The notes: generated by a model from the sequence alone, not told the origin. Counted from the stretch's first letter, positions 13,341-46,748 are shown. The stretch: DNA of 64,000 nucleotides from Stylophora pistillata (GCF_002571385.2 NW_019217858.1:463218-527217), one strand, 5' to 3'. Numbers and translations are program-made.

Positions 13341-14208
13341 ATAATGGTAATTGAACTGGGTGGAGTGCAATTTGGGCTGAAGTCATATGGATGACTTCAA
13401 AATCAAACGAGCACGCAGTGCGAGTTTGATTTGAAATCACAAGTATGTTTCAGACCAAAATTGCACGACATGAGGCTCAATTACCACTTTATTACATTCA
13501 TTTTGAAATTGCCCAAATACAGGACTTGGTCAACTCAAATATTTTACTGATGCAGTACTGAGCCAGTTTTTAAGTAAAAGGTGGAACCAGAAATGCTTTT
13601 ACATCTTATTTTGTATGCAAAACAGAAAGACTTTGATGTCATGTGTCAAAATCTCAGTCAATCATAAAATGATGCGATTTAGAGAAAAAAATGGTGCGAT
13701 TCATGAATAAATCGCACCAGTTAGAGCCAATCAGATTACAGGGACCACCAGTGATTTCAAAATGGATGTAATAAATAATGGTAATTGAACTGAGTGGAGT
13801 GCAATTTGGGCTGAAATCATACATGTGATTTCAAAATCGAACGAGCGCACAGCGCAAGTTCGATTTGAAATCACAAGTATGATTTCAGACCAAAATTGCA
13901 CGACACGAGGTTCAATTACCACTTTATTACATCCATTTTGAAATCGCCCAAATGCAGGACTTAGTCAATTCAAATATTTTACTGATGCAGTGCTGAGCCA
14001 GTTTTTAAATAGAAAGCGGAACCGGAAACGCTTTTACATCTTATTTTGTATGCAAAACAGCAAGACTTTGACGTCATGTGTCAAAAACTCAGTCAAGCAT
14101 AAAAATGATACGATTTAGAGCAAAAAATGGTGCGATTCGTGAATAAATCGCACCAATTAGAGCCAATCAGATTACAGACCACCAGCGATTTCAAAATGGA
14201 TGTAATAA
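13341..14208. repeat. Head-to-tail tandem dimer of a ~434-bp interspersed element
   Basis: Units 13341-13774 and 13775-14208 align along their length; each ends in a module bounded by ttattacatccattttgaaatc / gatttcaaaatggatgtaataa. Confidence 0.9.
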
Positions 14209-15570
14209 AGGTAAAAATTACATCAGACTGCATAGATCTTTCATGGCAAGCGGGAAGAATTAAACATGTGATGTGCATTCAAAGCAATGTGAAACAAGAG
14301 GAGATATTTACTTTCAGCTGTAAGTATTGGATATTTTTCTATTTCTGTTAGATTTTCCTGTGGATGAATTAAGAGGTAAAGGCATTGTTTCTAACATTTT
14401 TCTGTTGCCTTTGTAAATAAACGGGGAACTTCTTAAAATTTGTCTTTGAATTTGTAGCATTCTCAACAAATTAAAGGTAAGATATCAAGGAGAAAGTACC
14501 TACCATACTTAACTTAAACATACCCTTTCGAAGCGAAGCTCCTAATTCACATGAGTTCCCAGCTTCGGACCAAACAAATAAACTTTACATCCTGAATTTT
14601 TCCTTTCCAACGGTTTTATGCTCCTCATCGTCCAATTCAAGGTGCAATAATCTCATAAAGGACTTTAAAAATCAGCAAAATCTGAATATGTGAGATCTGT
14701 TGTCCACGTCTATGTCCACTTGCAAAGCTCACAAAGGTTCACTTGTGTCACCCGCGTTCGATGTTTCCCGCGCTTGGCAAATAGGTGTTATCACGTGACG
14801 TGTTAACCCAATCAGCTGGGGGTTGATAAGAAACAGTATGTGGGGGAGTGGGAGGGGTCTAAAGTTTCTTGAGAACGCCTTCTTCAAGATATTTTGCAAT
14901 TAATTAACGAGAAAAAAAAAAACAAAAAATAATTTGGTCCTTAAGATTAAAAACTAGCCAGATTCACATTTGAGAATTAATAACTACTGCAAGTGCTGCA
15001 GATTTTTCAATTGCTCCTAAGTGGCCTTCAAATTATCAATCACGTCAGTCTCAAGAATTTATGTTAAAAATACCCATTTCGATTTTAGAAACTTTGTCAG
15101 AACGTATTTCTAGTCACAAAGGTTTCTCAGTCCCTCGGGGTGGAAACTTGTGGAAAGCCCTGAATTATTTACTTTTTCTCCTTCAAAGTGACTTCTCTTT
15201 CTGCCTTCCACGTACATTCTGCCCTTTCCCTTGATTAAAAAAATTGGTGACACAGAAAAAGTTATTTGTCGCCCGGGGATCGGGTAAGGGGTGAGCAGAG
15301 GATTTTGGGTGGTGATTTTCATGTGAAACGGGGAGTATCCGTCGTTGCTGACTGTTTCGTTTAGTAAATAGGCGTCGCCTATGATGACAGATATAATTTA
15401 ATTAACACAACTCGTGATTGACATTAATTCCTCACGATGATTTAAAGTGTTAGCTTGTCGTGATTTAAACTAGTTTTTTCAGAAGAATCAGTGAGAGAGA
15501 AGTCGATTTTTGTATCTGTTCGCTTACCCGAATCTGCTAACCTGAAGTGAGAAACCTGTTTTTACGACCC

Positions 15571-16188
15571 NNNNNNNNNNNNNNNNNNNNNNNNNNNNNN
15601 NNNNNNNNNNNNNNNNNNNNNNNNNNNNNNNNNNNNNNNNNNNNNNNNNNNNNNNNNNNNNNNNNNNNNNNNNNNNNNNNNNNNNNNNNNNNNNNNNNNN
15701 NNNNNNNNNNNNNNNNNNNNNNNNNNNNNNNNNNNNNNNNNNNNNNNNNNNNNNNNNNNNNNNNNNNNNNNNNNNNNNNNNNNNNNNNNNNNNNNNNNNN
15801 NNNNNNNNNNNNNNNNNNNNNNNNNNNNNNNNNNNNNNNNNNNNNNNNNNNNNNNNNNNNNNNNNNNNNNNNNNNNNNNNNNNNNNNNNNNNNNNNNNNN
15901 NNNNNNNNNNNNNNNNNNNNNNNNNNNNNNNNNNNNNNNNNNNNNNNNNNNNNNNNNNNNNNNNNNNNNNNNNNNNNNNNNNNNNNNNNNNNNNNNNNNN
16001 NNNNNNNNNNNNNNNNNNNNNNNNNNNNNNNNNNNNNNNNNNNNNNNNNNNNNNNNNNNNNNNNNNNNNNNNNNNNNNNNNNNNNNNNNNNNNNNNNNNN
16101 NNNNNNNNNNNNNNNNNNNNNNNNNNNNNNNNNNNNNNNNNNNNNNNNNNNNNNNNNNNNNNNNNNNNNNNNNNNNNNNNNNNNNNNN
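15571..16188. other. Assembly gap (N run)
   Basis: Ns. Confidence 1.
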
Positions 16189-16430
16189 TTTGTGGTGGTC
16201 GTCTGAGCTGACCAGTTCCGAGTAAGGAAACACTGACTTTAGACAATTGACTGCCAATTAATTGCTAATCAGCGGGATCATAAAATTGTTTCAGAGCCTC
16301 ATGGGATCAGGTAAATTTCATCGTAACACAACCAGAATCCCTCTTCCCCAGGCGATAGATAATGATTGGCCGGACTGTGCAGAGCCGGGTTGAAATGAGC
16401 CGGTCCGGAAAATGCCGTCCGGCCCTGTTG

Positions 16431-17011
16431 TTTATAGTTTATGCTAGTAAAGGTAGCATATTATGCAAGTAGCATTGCTCTTTTTTTAGCGAAATTATGC
16501 TAAAATTATGCTCTTTTTTTCCAAGTTATGCCCCTTTTTTTAAAATTATGCTCTTTGAAAAATTGCAAATAACTCCAAAAAATACATTTTTTAATTAGAA
16601 GCCGTTGGTCTACATGAAAGAACCGCAACAAATCCACAATCAAATTCAAATAAACAGATGGTTTATGTTAACATGCACACTAGTACTAGACTATACATGG
16701 CCTACAATGTGACTTCCGGTTCCGGTGCACCCCTGACCCGGGCTCAGACCGTTTCAGACGCCGCGCAGTGATTCACAGTGAACTACAAATGCTAAACCTT
16801 CAAAAAACTAAAACTAAAACTAAACGAACTAAAACTTAAAACATCGAATAACGTCACCAAGTGCTTGGGAGTAGAGATGAACAATGATCAAATAAATGAT
16901 CCAATATATATCAAAATATGCGAATTATGCTAGCATTGCTACTTGGCAGAAATTATGCCAGTTTGCTCAAATTATGCCAAAAATTATGCTAGCATAATCT
17001 ATAAAGGCCTA
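16431..17011. mobile_element. hAT-type MITE with 8-bp TSD; left TIR clipped
   Basis: TSD ccctgttg at 16423-16430 and 17012-17019; right end gctagcataatctataaaggccta matches left tttatagtttatgctag lacking the first ~6 nt; AATTATGC subterminal repeats. Confidence 0.75.
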
Positions 17012-18299
17012 CCCTGTTGCCCTCGCGTCGCTTTGTGGTAAGAACTTAAAGGAAAATAGAAATGAAAAAAAAAAAAAAAAAAAAAAAAGTCGCGTCTTTC
17101 AAGGAATTGGGGTTTTCTCGCTCTGACTCGCAAAAATAAAGGAAAAGTTATAATTCCATTTTTTTTTTTTTTTTTGTGCTCGTTTTGCTGCGTGTACCCG
17201 GCTTCTATCGCGTCCTATCTATGCTGAGGTTTTCAAAACTTCGTGGTCATATGATGAAATGCTTATTGACTGAGTTTAGTTGGGCCGGGCGTGAAAATAT
17301 TTGGCTTTCTGTCATGAGGCACGGACCTCGCGCACTCCGTATGTCATGAACTCGAATAAACTGGTATAGGTGTGGAAGATTGTTGGCTGTGCCGAATAAA
17401 TTCGTAGTGGTATTTGCTGGCTCAACGATCTGATTGAGAATTAAAAGTAATACTTTCTATTTCTCGACCCTGTTAAGGCCATTAACTTTGGTCACCTGTC
17501 AACCTGATAACAAAAACAGCCGACTGGCGTTTTCATTTTTCTTACCTGTCTTATCTTACAGGGGAAAGGAATAAATATCTACAGGGGTTGAAAAAGAATT
17601 GGATCAATTTCCCGCAAGGCTATCACGGCAATGACACAAACCTCCCCACCCTCCCATCCCCCTACGCACCCTTGGTTACAGGTACTTTGATTGAAAAAAA
17701 TTATCAAATATGAGCAGACTAGAGTTAAATATGTAATCAATCATGATACAGCCTTTATTTCCTCTTTTCCCCGCTATTTGTTTCAGATTCCAAGATGCTC
17801 TCTACGTATTCGTGCTCGTGGGTTCAAAACGGAAAAAGAAGTGCTTAAAAGTTTTTTCCCGCTTCCGTAGTCGTAAATTACCAATTTTTGTTCTCGTCAG
17901 TAATCTGTGAACTTAGGGATATTGAGGTGGTAGTCACAGAGAAAATACTCAACACTCCCTTCTCTCTCAAAAAATTGCCATCATAACGTGTACCAGAGGA
18001 TTTAACTGAATCTATTTAATGCGATTTTAGTAGTAACTACTGCTTCCCACTCTAGAGAAGCGGATGTGAAATATGTCAAGTTGTAGGCGTCCCGAATTAA
18101 CAATTGAAACCGGAAACAGGATGTAAAAGTACATTACGTAGTTTCAGAGAATATAACAAGACCCCATATTTAAGCGATACTTCGGCTTTTCTTCTCATAC
18201 TTGTCACGTTATCACGTTTTATCTCCGTTGAAAAACCGTCTCGGAGACTTCGTGGTCTTAAATATTTCCCAGTCACAGGTGTACAACAATACCTCAATT

Positions 18300-18487
18300 A
18301 TCTTATCACCTTTTATCCAATCACAAGGCTCTGAATTAGCACATGATCAGACGCGTGCAGCTGAGCTTCGCATGGCGCGGTCGCGGAACTGAGAGGTGGC
18401 AACAAATATGGCGTCTGAAGAAAGTTTGGAACTTGCTGGCCGCCTTTGACGAGGGATTGTGGATTTGTTGACATGTATTTGAACGAT
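18300..18487 (+). promoter_or_regulatory. DOT1L promoter/5' leader: CpG-rich, CCAAT, YY1-like AAATATGGCG, short uORF 18408-18449
   Basis: Motifs read directly just upstream of the DOT1L ATG. Confidence 0.5.
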
Positions 18488-38506
<20,019 letters not shown>

Positions 38507-38584
38507 AGAATCACTACTAGTATATTGGGATTTCATTTGATTATTTATACTGCAAATGTATGTATAAATTTATGATAGGTATGG

Positions 38585-38802
38585 AATAGTCCATTTTACA
38601 GTTGTGTGCTTGGTTGCCAAGCCTTTGAACAGAAGTGAGGCTAAGGGTGATCTTGTTTTGATACAGACGTTGCTGCTATTCAAATATAAATTTCTTTGTT
38701 CTTGTGCTCTAGATACTGGTCTCTATCGCAACAAGGTTACCTTCAGCCTCACTCCAAATCAAAGGCTTGGCGACCGAGTACAGGACTGTAAAATGACCCA
38801 TT
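38585..38802. mobile_element. Fold-back MITE about 80 nt after the DOT1L stop
   Basis: ccattttacagt..gccaagcctttga..agtgaggct / agcctcact..tcaaaggcttggc..actgtaaaatg inverted arms. Confidence 0.8.
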
Positions 38803-39436
38803 GTTAGGGTCAACATTTATCTATTTATCTTAGGAAATTGATTTCTCAGCGGGTATGTTTGGGGAAAACAGTTTGTTGTGCTTTGGGGGTTAAAAGGTGT
38901 TCAAAGTTTTATACATCAGTGATGGACTTTTTAAGGTTTTTACGAAACTACGGGGTGTTTTGTGGTTTCGGAATGTCATATATTTCTCATTTTCTTTTGG
39001 TCGGTTTTATCTCATTTTAAGAACTGTTTACAAAGTCAGGATTTCTCGGGGTAACAATTGATTTGCATGCAATCTAGCTGAGCTGGGTTTTACTGAAGAG
39101 GTGTTGCTAAGCAACAATGACTTATCGTGGACTAGTTCACGCGCCTTTGCGTGAAGTTGTCGTGTTCACTCGTGTGATATTCGACATAAGCAGTCGGAAA
39201 GCAGCCGGCCGTTCTCGAACGTTTCCGGAATACTGCCTTTTTTCAGGTAGTGTATTCTTAGTGGTTTTAATTGAAGTACTGTGAGGTTCAGGGTTAAATC
39301 CTCGTCTTTCTCTGAACAGTTTAATTTTTCTTTGCGTTGTTTTTCCTTTTCTAAGCTTTGTAACGGCTTTTCTTAGCTAGTGAACCCTTTCACTTGATAA
39401 AAAACGAACAACTTAGGAAACAGATGAGAGCAGATT

Positions 39437-39463
39437 TTATTATTATTATTATTATTATTATTA
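39437..39463. repeat. (TTA)n microsatellite
   Basis: Read directly. Confidence 0.9.
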
Positions 39464-40053
39464 TATTAGAAGTTAATTACAAGCTTTTATTCGCGCGCAT
39501 GCAACAGAAGGTGGTTCGGACTTTCAGGTGTGACGATAAGACCTTAGTTTGTTGATAATCTATTAACGCAACCAAGGAGAACTTTCTGGTAATGTAGGTG
39601 ATAAATAGTTCTAAAGGGAAAGTGGAACTGTTCTCTTGAATGCTCGCCGCCGGTTTGGAAGTTGATGTTGAGACGGTGCTTGTTTTTTATGCTGAAAGAC
39701 AAAGTAAAAAAAAAAAAAACTTCTTATAGACCGTTAGGTTTGAGTGAAAGGGTTGGCTAACTTGTGCAGCCTCCTCTTCCGATATAATGCAGTAGCAAAA
39801 GGAAGATATGCGTCCACTCTTCGCGATAAGTAAGCAACAATTTTCCTTACTGGATTTCAAAGTTTGCTTCAGTGTTAGGAGAATTTGGTCGTGAATCGAG
39901 ACTATTTTATGTTCGATAGCCTATGATGAACCTTGCTGGTCAGCGTACATTTTCTGACCCTAGAACTGCCAAGAGCTGACTGTTTATTCTCCCTTCTAGC
40001 CGCTACACATTTCTTTGTAAACTACCTGCGAGAATTTGGAGTAAGATCAAGAT

Positions 40054-40413
40054 TACAGAGCTGAATAATGAAATGCTATGTCAGCGGGTATGCGGTCAAC
40101 AACGCGGGCTCGAGTGTCCTAGGTCTAAAATTTAGCGAAATTAGCGGAAAATAATAAGGGCTGACCTTTAAAACCGAGGAACTCTATTTTCGTCGAAGGC
40201 ACTTTCTTATTTCCAAAGGTTTAAAGGAGAAAATTAATTTTTGAAAATTTTGAGGGGGTGTACCAAATTTTTGGAGGTTGTTCTGTAAATGAAAAGCGGC
40301 AAGGAAATCGACGCCGCGAAGGAACAGGATGGGAAATCAACCATGCGAACGACTCTAAATCCGTGTCTCCGCGGCAAAACCTAGCGCATGCGTAGACGTT
40401 ATTCAGCTCTGTC
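40054..40413. mobile_element. MITE with 9-bp TSD (Mutator-like), nested in a TTAA-type MITE (about 39955-40531)
   Basis: TIRs acagagctgaataa / ttattcagctctgt; gatcaagat at 40045-40053 and 40414-40422. Confidence 0.75.
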
Positions 40414-41226
40414 GATCAAGATTACTTCTGCCTGATAAGTTTGTGTGTTCTCATTACTTGTTTGCTGCATAGTGTATGGATATTAAAGGGAGAAGTTACA
40501 AGTTAATCACTTCTGGGAGTTAAAGGGTTGAAGGAGAACTTGTTTAGCTTTAAAATTAATTTTTCTGCTGATCAGGGCTCGAATTCTCCTAGCGCTCTTC
40601 TTCTCCTAGCGCTCTTCTTCAGAAATGACTCTTAAACCGTCGAAAGGAGTTTAAGATTCATTTCTTTTTGATGAGATCCATGTTCATTAAAAAAGCTTAG
40701 CTTTTCTCGTTGGAGTTGAAAAAATTCTGGAGCTGGAGGAAATCTGTCGTTCACCAAATGTTTGCGTCTTATTGTGACAATTTTCTTGATATGAAAACGA
40801 ATTTATGGAGGACAATATCCTGCATAGGGGTTTTCATCTGCAAATGTTTATGCATGAATAGAGAGAACGCTATTTTTATGATTAAAATTTTAGCTGTTGC
40901 GTACGATAGTTGTCTGTGTTGGTATTGCAAGCGAAAGGTCCAATTTCTACTTGGTTAAGTTTTTGGTATGTTACCATGTATTTTTTTAAAATTTTGTGGT
41001 TTCCTCCGCGTTGACGCCGATTTCGCTCGTCGCAGAAGAAAAGCCTTGAATCGATTTGACATAGTAACTTGAACGATGAATTCCGGAGTGTTACTCCGCC
41101 TAGTAATGGCACTAGTGGGGTGCGGAGACACTGAGACAAAAACAGTAGGGCTGATCGGAAGACCAAGTCCGCGACAAACGCACCTTGATTTTAAGTTGTT
41201 AACATCAGTAATTAATAATGATGATT

Positions 41227-41880
41227 CAATCTCGTTCCCAGGGTCTCTCCTCTAGGCTTAGCCACAAGTTGCTCGGCAACTTTTCGGCAACTTTTCGGCA
41301 ACTTTTGAGATTTTCGGGAACTTTTAGAATTTTCGGCAACTTTGAGCTTTTTGAGGTTTTTTGAAGCCACTTTCTTCACGTTTTGAACCACATTGGTCAG
41401 TTTTCGATAGACATTTATTCAATTTATTCTAAAATACAATAACTAGGGCCCCTCCCCAGGGGGTTGATTTTTGTGATGCCTTATCACGAGGTCAGCGGTA
41501 TCACGTTGCACGATTTTCAAGATGGCGAACAATTACAGTGACTGATGATCAAGTTAAATGGAAACAACCTCTGATATTATCATTGGACTTTGACAAATAA
41601 AGTTTTGATAAGAAGCAGTGTGCGAATTTTTAATCTTTAACACCCAAAAAAGGTACGAAAAGCAGAAAAATTTTGGCAACTTTTCGGCAACTTTTTGAAA
41701 TTCAGCAACTTTTTGGCAACTTTTAGACACTTTTATCGGCAACTTTTTTGGGATTCATCGGAAATTTGTGGCTAGGCCTACTCTCCTCTTCCCTTTCTTT
41801 GGAGCGAGACAGCGAGAACCTCTTTCTCTCAGCTCTGGCTCCAAAGGAAGGTAAGAGGAGAGAACTTGGGAACGAGTTTG
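41227..41880. mobile_element. CAACCTCGTTCCCAG-family MITE interrupted by a hAT MITE
   Basis: caatctcgttcccagggtctctcctc ... gaggagagaacttgggaacgagtttg. Confidence 0.75.
41253..41780. mobile_element. hAT-type MITE with 8-bp TSD
   Basis: TIRs taggcttagccacaa / ttgtggctaggccta; ctctcctc at 41245-41252 and 41781-41788; GGCAACTTTT subterminal repeats. Confidence 0.9.
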
Positions 41881-42039
41881 AGTATGATAATCATTATTAT
41901 CACCATAAGCAATGTTATTGTCATTATCATTATGAAGGGAGAAATTACATGGCCTTACGCATATTAGTCATTATTCGGGTTAACCCTTAAAGCCCAAGGT
42001 GATAGCATCTAATTTTTCCTTACAATATCACCCCTGAAT

Positions 42040-42107
42040 CAACCTCGTTCCCAGGGCCTTTTCCAACTAACCCCCAACTATGGGAAAATACTCTGGGAAC
42101 GAGGTTA
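42040..42107. mobile_element. 68-bp MITE with 9-bp TSD nested in a TTAA-type MITE (about 41980-42266)
   Basis: caacctcgttcccag / ctgggaacgaggtta; cccctgaat at 42031-42039 and 42108-42116. Confidence 0.85.
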
Positions 42108-45100
42108 CCCCTGAATCAAACGTTTAGGTCACGAGAATAAAAAAAATGATCACCAACTAAATAAGTTCTTGAATGTTGAACAAATTCTCCTAGTAAGCGC
42201 GTCAGTAAATGTATAAAAGAACAGTATGAAGAAAATGAATTCTAATGTTCAGATGTAAAGTGTTCAAAAAGAAAAAAAAGTTATACCAAGGTGATGGTTC
42301 ATACTGAGGAGATTCCCATAAAATAGATGTATCATCAATAACATTTTTCCATTCCATAAAAATCGATTTTGGTGGACATTGTCTTGGGCAGAAGGAACAA
42401 CTTTTGCCCGATATTCTTGGAAGGGAAAGTTTGTTATATTACGAGATTCGTGAAATTTCGAAGACCATCGTACCGTAATATTCCTGGCAACGTCGTGTTC
42501 CCTATAGAATTATACCTTTATTGTGCAAAGTGATGACCGAAATTAGAGGGAAAAAAATTAAAAAATAGTACGCACTAGAAATTTCAAGTCGGTATAGCTC
42601 AAACCAGGCAGGGAGAGAAGAAATGGGGAATCCTGTGTAAAAAAAATCCTCAAATTTGCTCGCGTTCGCGTGTCTGGGGGTAATTACAGTTCCTTAATCA
42701 TGTAAATGACTTCATTTTATATGTAATTTACCAATTTATTTACCTCCATGATTTTAACAAAAATATTTTCTCGAGACAATCAAAGCCTAATGGGGTGAAA
42801 TCGTTGGTAAGAGCGTGAGTTTATCTACGTGTTTTTATGAATTTTCTAAACAGTTTTAGTTGGTACTTTTTGCTTTCCATTTCTAGCCTCCACGCAGCTT
42901 GGCGAACTTTGTTTTGCTCAAATTCTATCTTAACATAGTAGAAAGTTTTGCCTCAAGTTCGTTTTCAAGCAATTGAATTTTTTTGTTAAAATTCAAGCTA
43001 ACTGGAATGTTTCCTCCCGCTGAAAACTCCGCCATTTTCTGTCGCAGTGTTAGATATTTCCTTCAACTAAAACAAAGTTACAGAGTGCTGTGAGCAAATG
43101 CAAAACCTTCTAATCATGTTCGTATTTCTTTTTCCATGTTTATTTTACAGTTTTACTTTCCTCCGGTTTGCAAAACTGTTTCAATATTTAATTTTGGAAT
43201 CGGATGTGTAAAGTTTGAACGCGTTCGGAAAATATCCTTGAAGTCGCTATCCATAAATGACTGGCGTTAGTTGAAAACTTACAATGTAAACAACAAACTT
43301 GGATGTTTGTTCTTTTGCCAAATTTCTCTCAATTACGTCCTCTGTATTCAAAATGCATTTTTATTTTCATTTGACTTTGTTTGATAGTTCAGTGTAAACA
43401 TTAAATGGGCAGAAAGTTGACGGTACACAAAATAAGGTCTTATGTGGAAATTGCTATTTGCAGTAGTACTTTCTGTAAATAATAAAGCTCGATATTATTT
43501 GTTTTGAGTTTAGAAGTTTCAAAAGAGGTGAGTTTTGCTTTGACTGAGTTGTTTCAGTTGGTTCCGTGCTGTTAGGTAAAGTATACTAAAAGACTTCATC
43601 CCAAAGGTATGTTAACTTCTAGTAACATTGATCCTCAAAGAATTCACTGATTTTCTTAATCCTCGAGGAGATTTTGGTTTGTGATGAAGTCCGAAAGAAT
43701 CTGACCTAACCTAAACATCTCCTAAACGTGTGTTGATTCGCTTTTCAACTGAATTCCCTTTTCCCTTCAAGTGAATGGAAACGAAGCGCTCATTTCACAA
43801 ATGCTTATCCCTTTGTTTAGAGGTATCATGAGAAAATTGATGAGGTAAAAGTACAGTCGCACTTGCCGAACAAGCGTAAGAGTAAAATGTCCTCGGGTAA
43901 TAGTTTTTCAAAAGATCGGTTTTAATAAGACTCAAACTGCAGCAAAAATAAAGGAAAATTTTTCACTTTTTTTTCATTTATCTAGTTAGAATTTTCCCCA
44001 AGGCCATCCGACTATACCTCTCGTTTACTTTTCACGGAAAACTGATTGAAATGGACTTGACGAACTTGAATTAAGCAATTTGAAAACCCTAACCTTCGCC
44101 CATAAGATGAAAGAGTTTGAACTGAAGTGTAATATTTTTGCTGACTTTTATCATTTGAAAACAACTTTTTTAACAATTTCTATAATTCTCTTTGTTTCAA
44201 AACAACCTACGAATTACTTAGCTAAATGGATTTGATAGAAATACTTTACAACACCCACAAAATGAAATAGAGTTTTTAAAAATTGGATCGTGCTTCAAGT
44301 TTGAATATAAATTTACAGATCCCAAAAAATACTGAATAACTCAACCTATAATATTTTCATAGAAGCATATACTCGCTTGATAAGAAGTTCCAACTATAAC
44401 GTGTATTAACAAAGATTAGTTTTCTTAGGACTGATAGTGAAGTACAAGAACAAAGTAACTCAAAATATGGCTATGTTTTTGTTGTTCTGTAAGAGTTTGG
44501 CTTAAGGTTATGCAGGAAAAAATAGAATAAGTGGTTTTAATGAAATAGCTTAAATCGCTTTAAGAATAAATATTTGATTGGTGAGAACTATGTCTGAGGT
44601 TAAAATGTCTCGGAGTAACTGCTATAACTGTATCTCTAAAGAAGCCAAAGTTTCCTCTGTACACTACTTGTAAACGCATTTCTGTGAAGTGGTTCTGAAA
44701 CGGGTGTGGCTTAAAATCGTTTGAAAAAACCTATAGAACTCGAAGACAAAATTCTGCTTCGTTTCGATTATCTTTAATTTAGGATTTTGCTTCAGGCCAA
44801 ATGCTAAACCGCTCAAATGAACAGCAAACGAATAACGAAGTTAGATGAATCAGTTAAAACCGCCTACGAAAAAAAAAAAAGAACTTGGCAATGTTTAGAA
44901 GGTAAGAGCTGTGAAACATCTGTTAACACTTATTTCATCATTTTTTTATACTTGAAAGAGATAAAATTTTACTTCCTACCTAATCGCGTAACATGTGACG
45001 ATAAAATTTAAGTCGCTTTGTTTTAAACATGTTCAATTAAAGGCCATATGGCTTGAGGCAAATTCAGACGCTCTTACTAAAAGCCAGCAAAATCTTTAAC

Positions 45101-46499
45101 TAAGTGGACAGTTAATCAATTATACTGTAAAGTTGAGCCAAATCGGCTTCCGGAATCGAAGGTAATTGACAGTTTACTGAAAAAAGAAGAGTTATTGTTT
45201 AAGCATTGAGCAGCGGTACGTTATTGAAATACTTTGCTCTTTTTGAACACCTAGTACTCACAAGCCTGCTATAAAATAATTCCGGGATTTCAATAAAGTG
45301 AGTGAAAAGTTTTTTATACTTTTATTAAGCTGAAAATCGTCAGCCGTGAAATGTCAAAAGTGTTAAAGTTTTAAATGACTTTACTGTAAACAACTGTGCG
45401 AAAGCGTTGATTTCCAAAAAACGAATAAGTTGCTGTAAAGATCTCCTTGTTCTTTATGATAACTTTCAAATTCACTGCAGGGATTTGCCAATATTTCAGG
45501 CAATTGACTGAAGATTCTTCTTTTCATAAACTCAGCTGCAGTACAGCGGTTTACGCTTATCAAAGTAATCTTCTCGTGCAACTGACCTAACGAATTACAA
45601 AATGCGTTTACGTTAAAAACAGATGCAGCTTTAGTAAAATGGAATTAGGAACGACCGCAAACACACACTGCTCAGTTGAAAGGAAATTATTTAATTACTT
45701 AAACACTAACTATTGCCTCATTAAAAAGTCTCATTCGTGCGGTTTCACTAAAAAATTAAATGAAGAAACTGAACAACAGCTTCAAAATATTCGAATGAAA
45801 AAAGATGTTGAAAACTTTTCTTGCACATAGACAGAAAAAAAAATTGAGGATCCGAAACCCAACGATCGAGGTCTGTGACAACAACCTTTTTCTTAAGCTC
45901 AGCTACCGATGTGTAATAGGTGATTGTGCCCAGTAAAGGGAAGCCCAAACAAGAGAGAACCTGCTCACAGGCTATAAACAGATGGCAGTGGGAGGTCTTA
46001 CAAGCCAAGGTACTAGACCGACAGTAAATATAGCCGGTTTTTCTTGAAACCCTTGAAACCCTTGAAACCTTTCTTGAAACCCCTGCTGGGGTTTTGTAGT
46101 AGCTGCTCTATTGGGCAAATTTAGCTACAGAGATCCTTTGGCGAGCTGGGGTATAACATAAGCTCGCTTCGTATGTGGCAAGTCACCCGTACACTGCTAG
46201 AATCAGTAATATTTACTAGTTTTTTTTTTTTTGGTATTCATGGACTCTCGCGGCCTTTTATGAAGGTTAGTTTTTCACAAATAACCTGGGATGAGGATCC
46301 TAGTTCATAAGGAACACAGGAAGATCCCAGAAAGAGGATCATCCCAGCGCCATATATTTTCTGTTTATATTTAAAGGCTTTTTTAAGGTCTTCCTTGTGC
46401 CCACTGCACACATTTTCCTAACTGAAAGATAGCGAAGTCCACGATGCTCTGGTAAGGTCCCAGCACCTTGTAAACTCTTGAGCAGTACTATAGAAGAAA

Positions 46500-46748
46500 A
46501 CAGCCAAACATGGCGGCCGGCGGTCGGACGTTCCGGCAGCGATACCACTATTTGGCTGATGTTTTCCTTTTTCTAAGCTCAAACTTCGGGTTTCGGAACC
46601 TGACCTGAAAACATTGGGGAAAGCAGAATGCATAAGGAGGACAGCGAAGTCGAAAATATGGCTTTGAATCAGTTCAAATCATCCGTAGGAGATGAAAATG
46701 ATGAAGAAAACAGGCTAAGAGTTTGCGAGCCTTCATTTTTTCGCATAG
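46500..46748 (+). promoter_or_regulatory. Probable RNF220 promoter and first exon (candidate coding part 46628-46748)
   Basis: GC/CpG-rich patch with YY1-like AAACATGGCGGC (46506-46517), uORF 46510-46608, strong donor AG|GTAAG at 46749; ATG 46628 joins in frame to the acceptor at 53937. Confidence 0.6.

Noticed and set aside
15524-16257. Long ORFs of 219-240 aa
   Set aside because: Artefacts of translating the N gap.
40583-40620. 17-bp tandem duplication (also cttgaaacc repeats at about 46043-46081)
   Set aside because: Simple slippage duplications with no further structure.
41271-41750. CRISPR-like array of GGCAACTTTT repeats (also AATTATGC at 16.5 kb and CGGTTT at 62.5 kb)
   Set aside because: Irregular spacing, eukaryotic context, and enclosed by TIRs and TSDs: transposon subterminal repeats.
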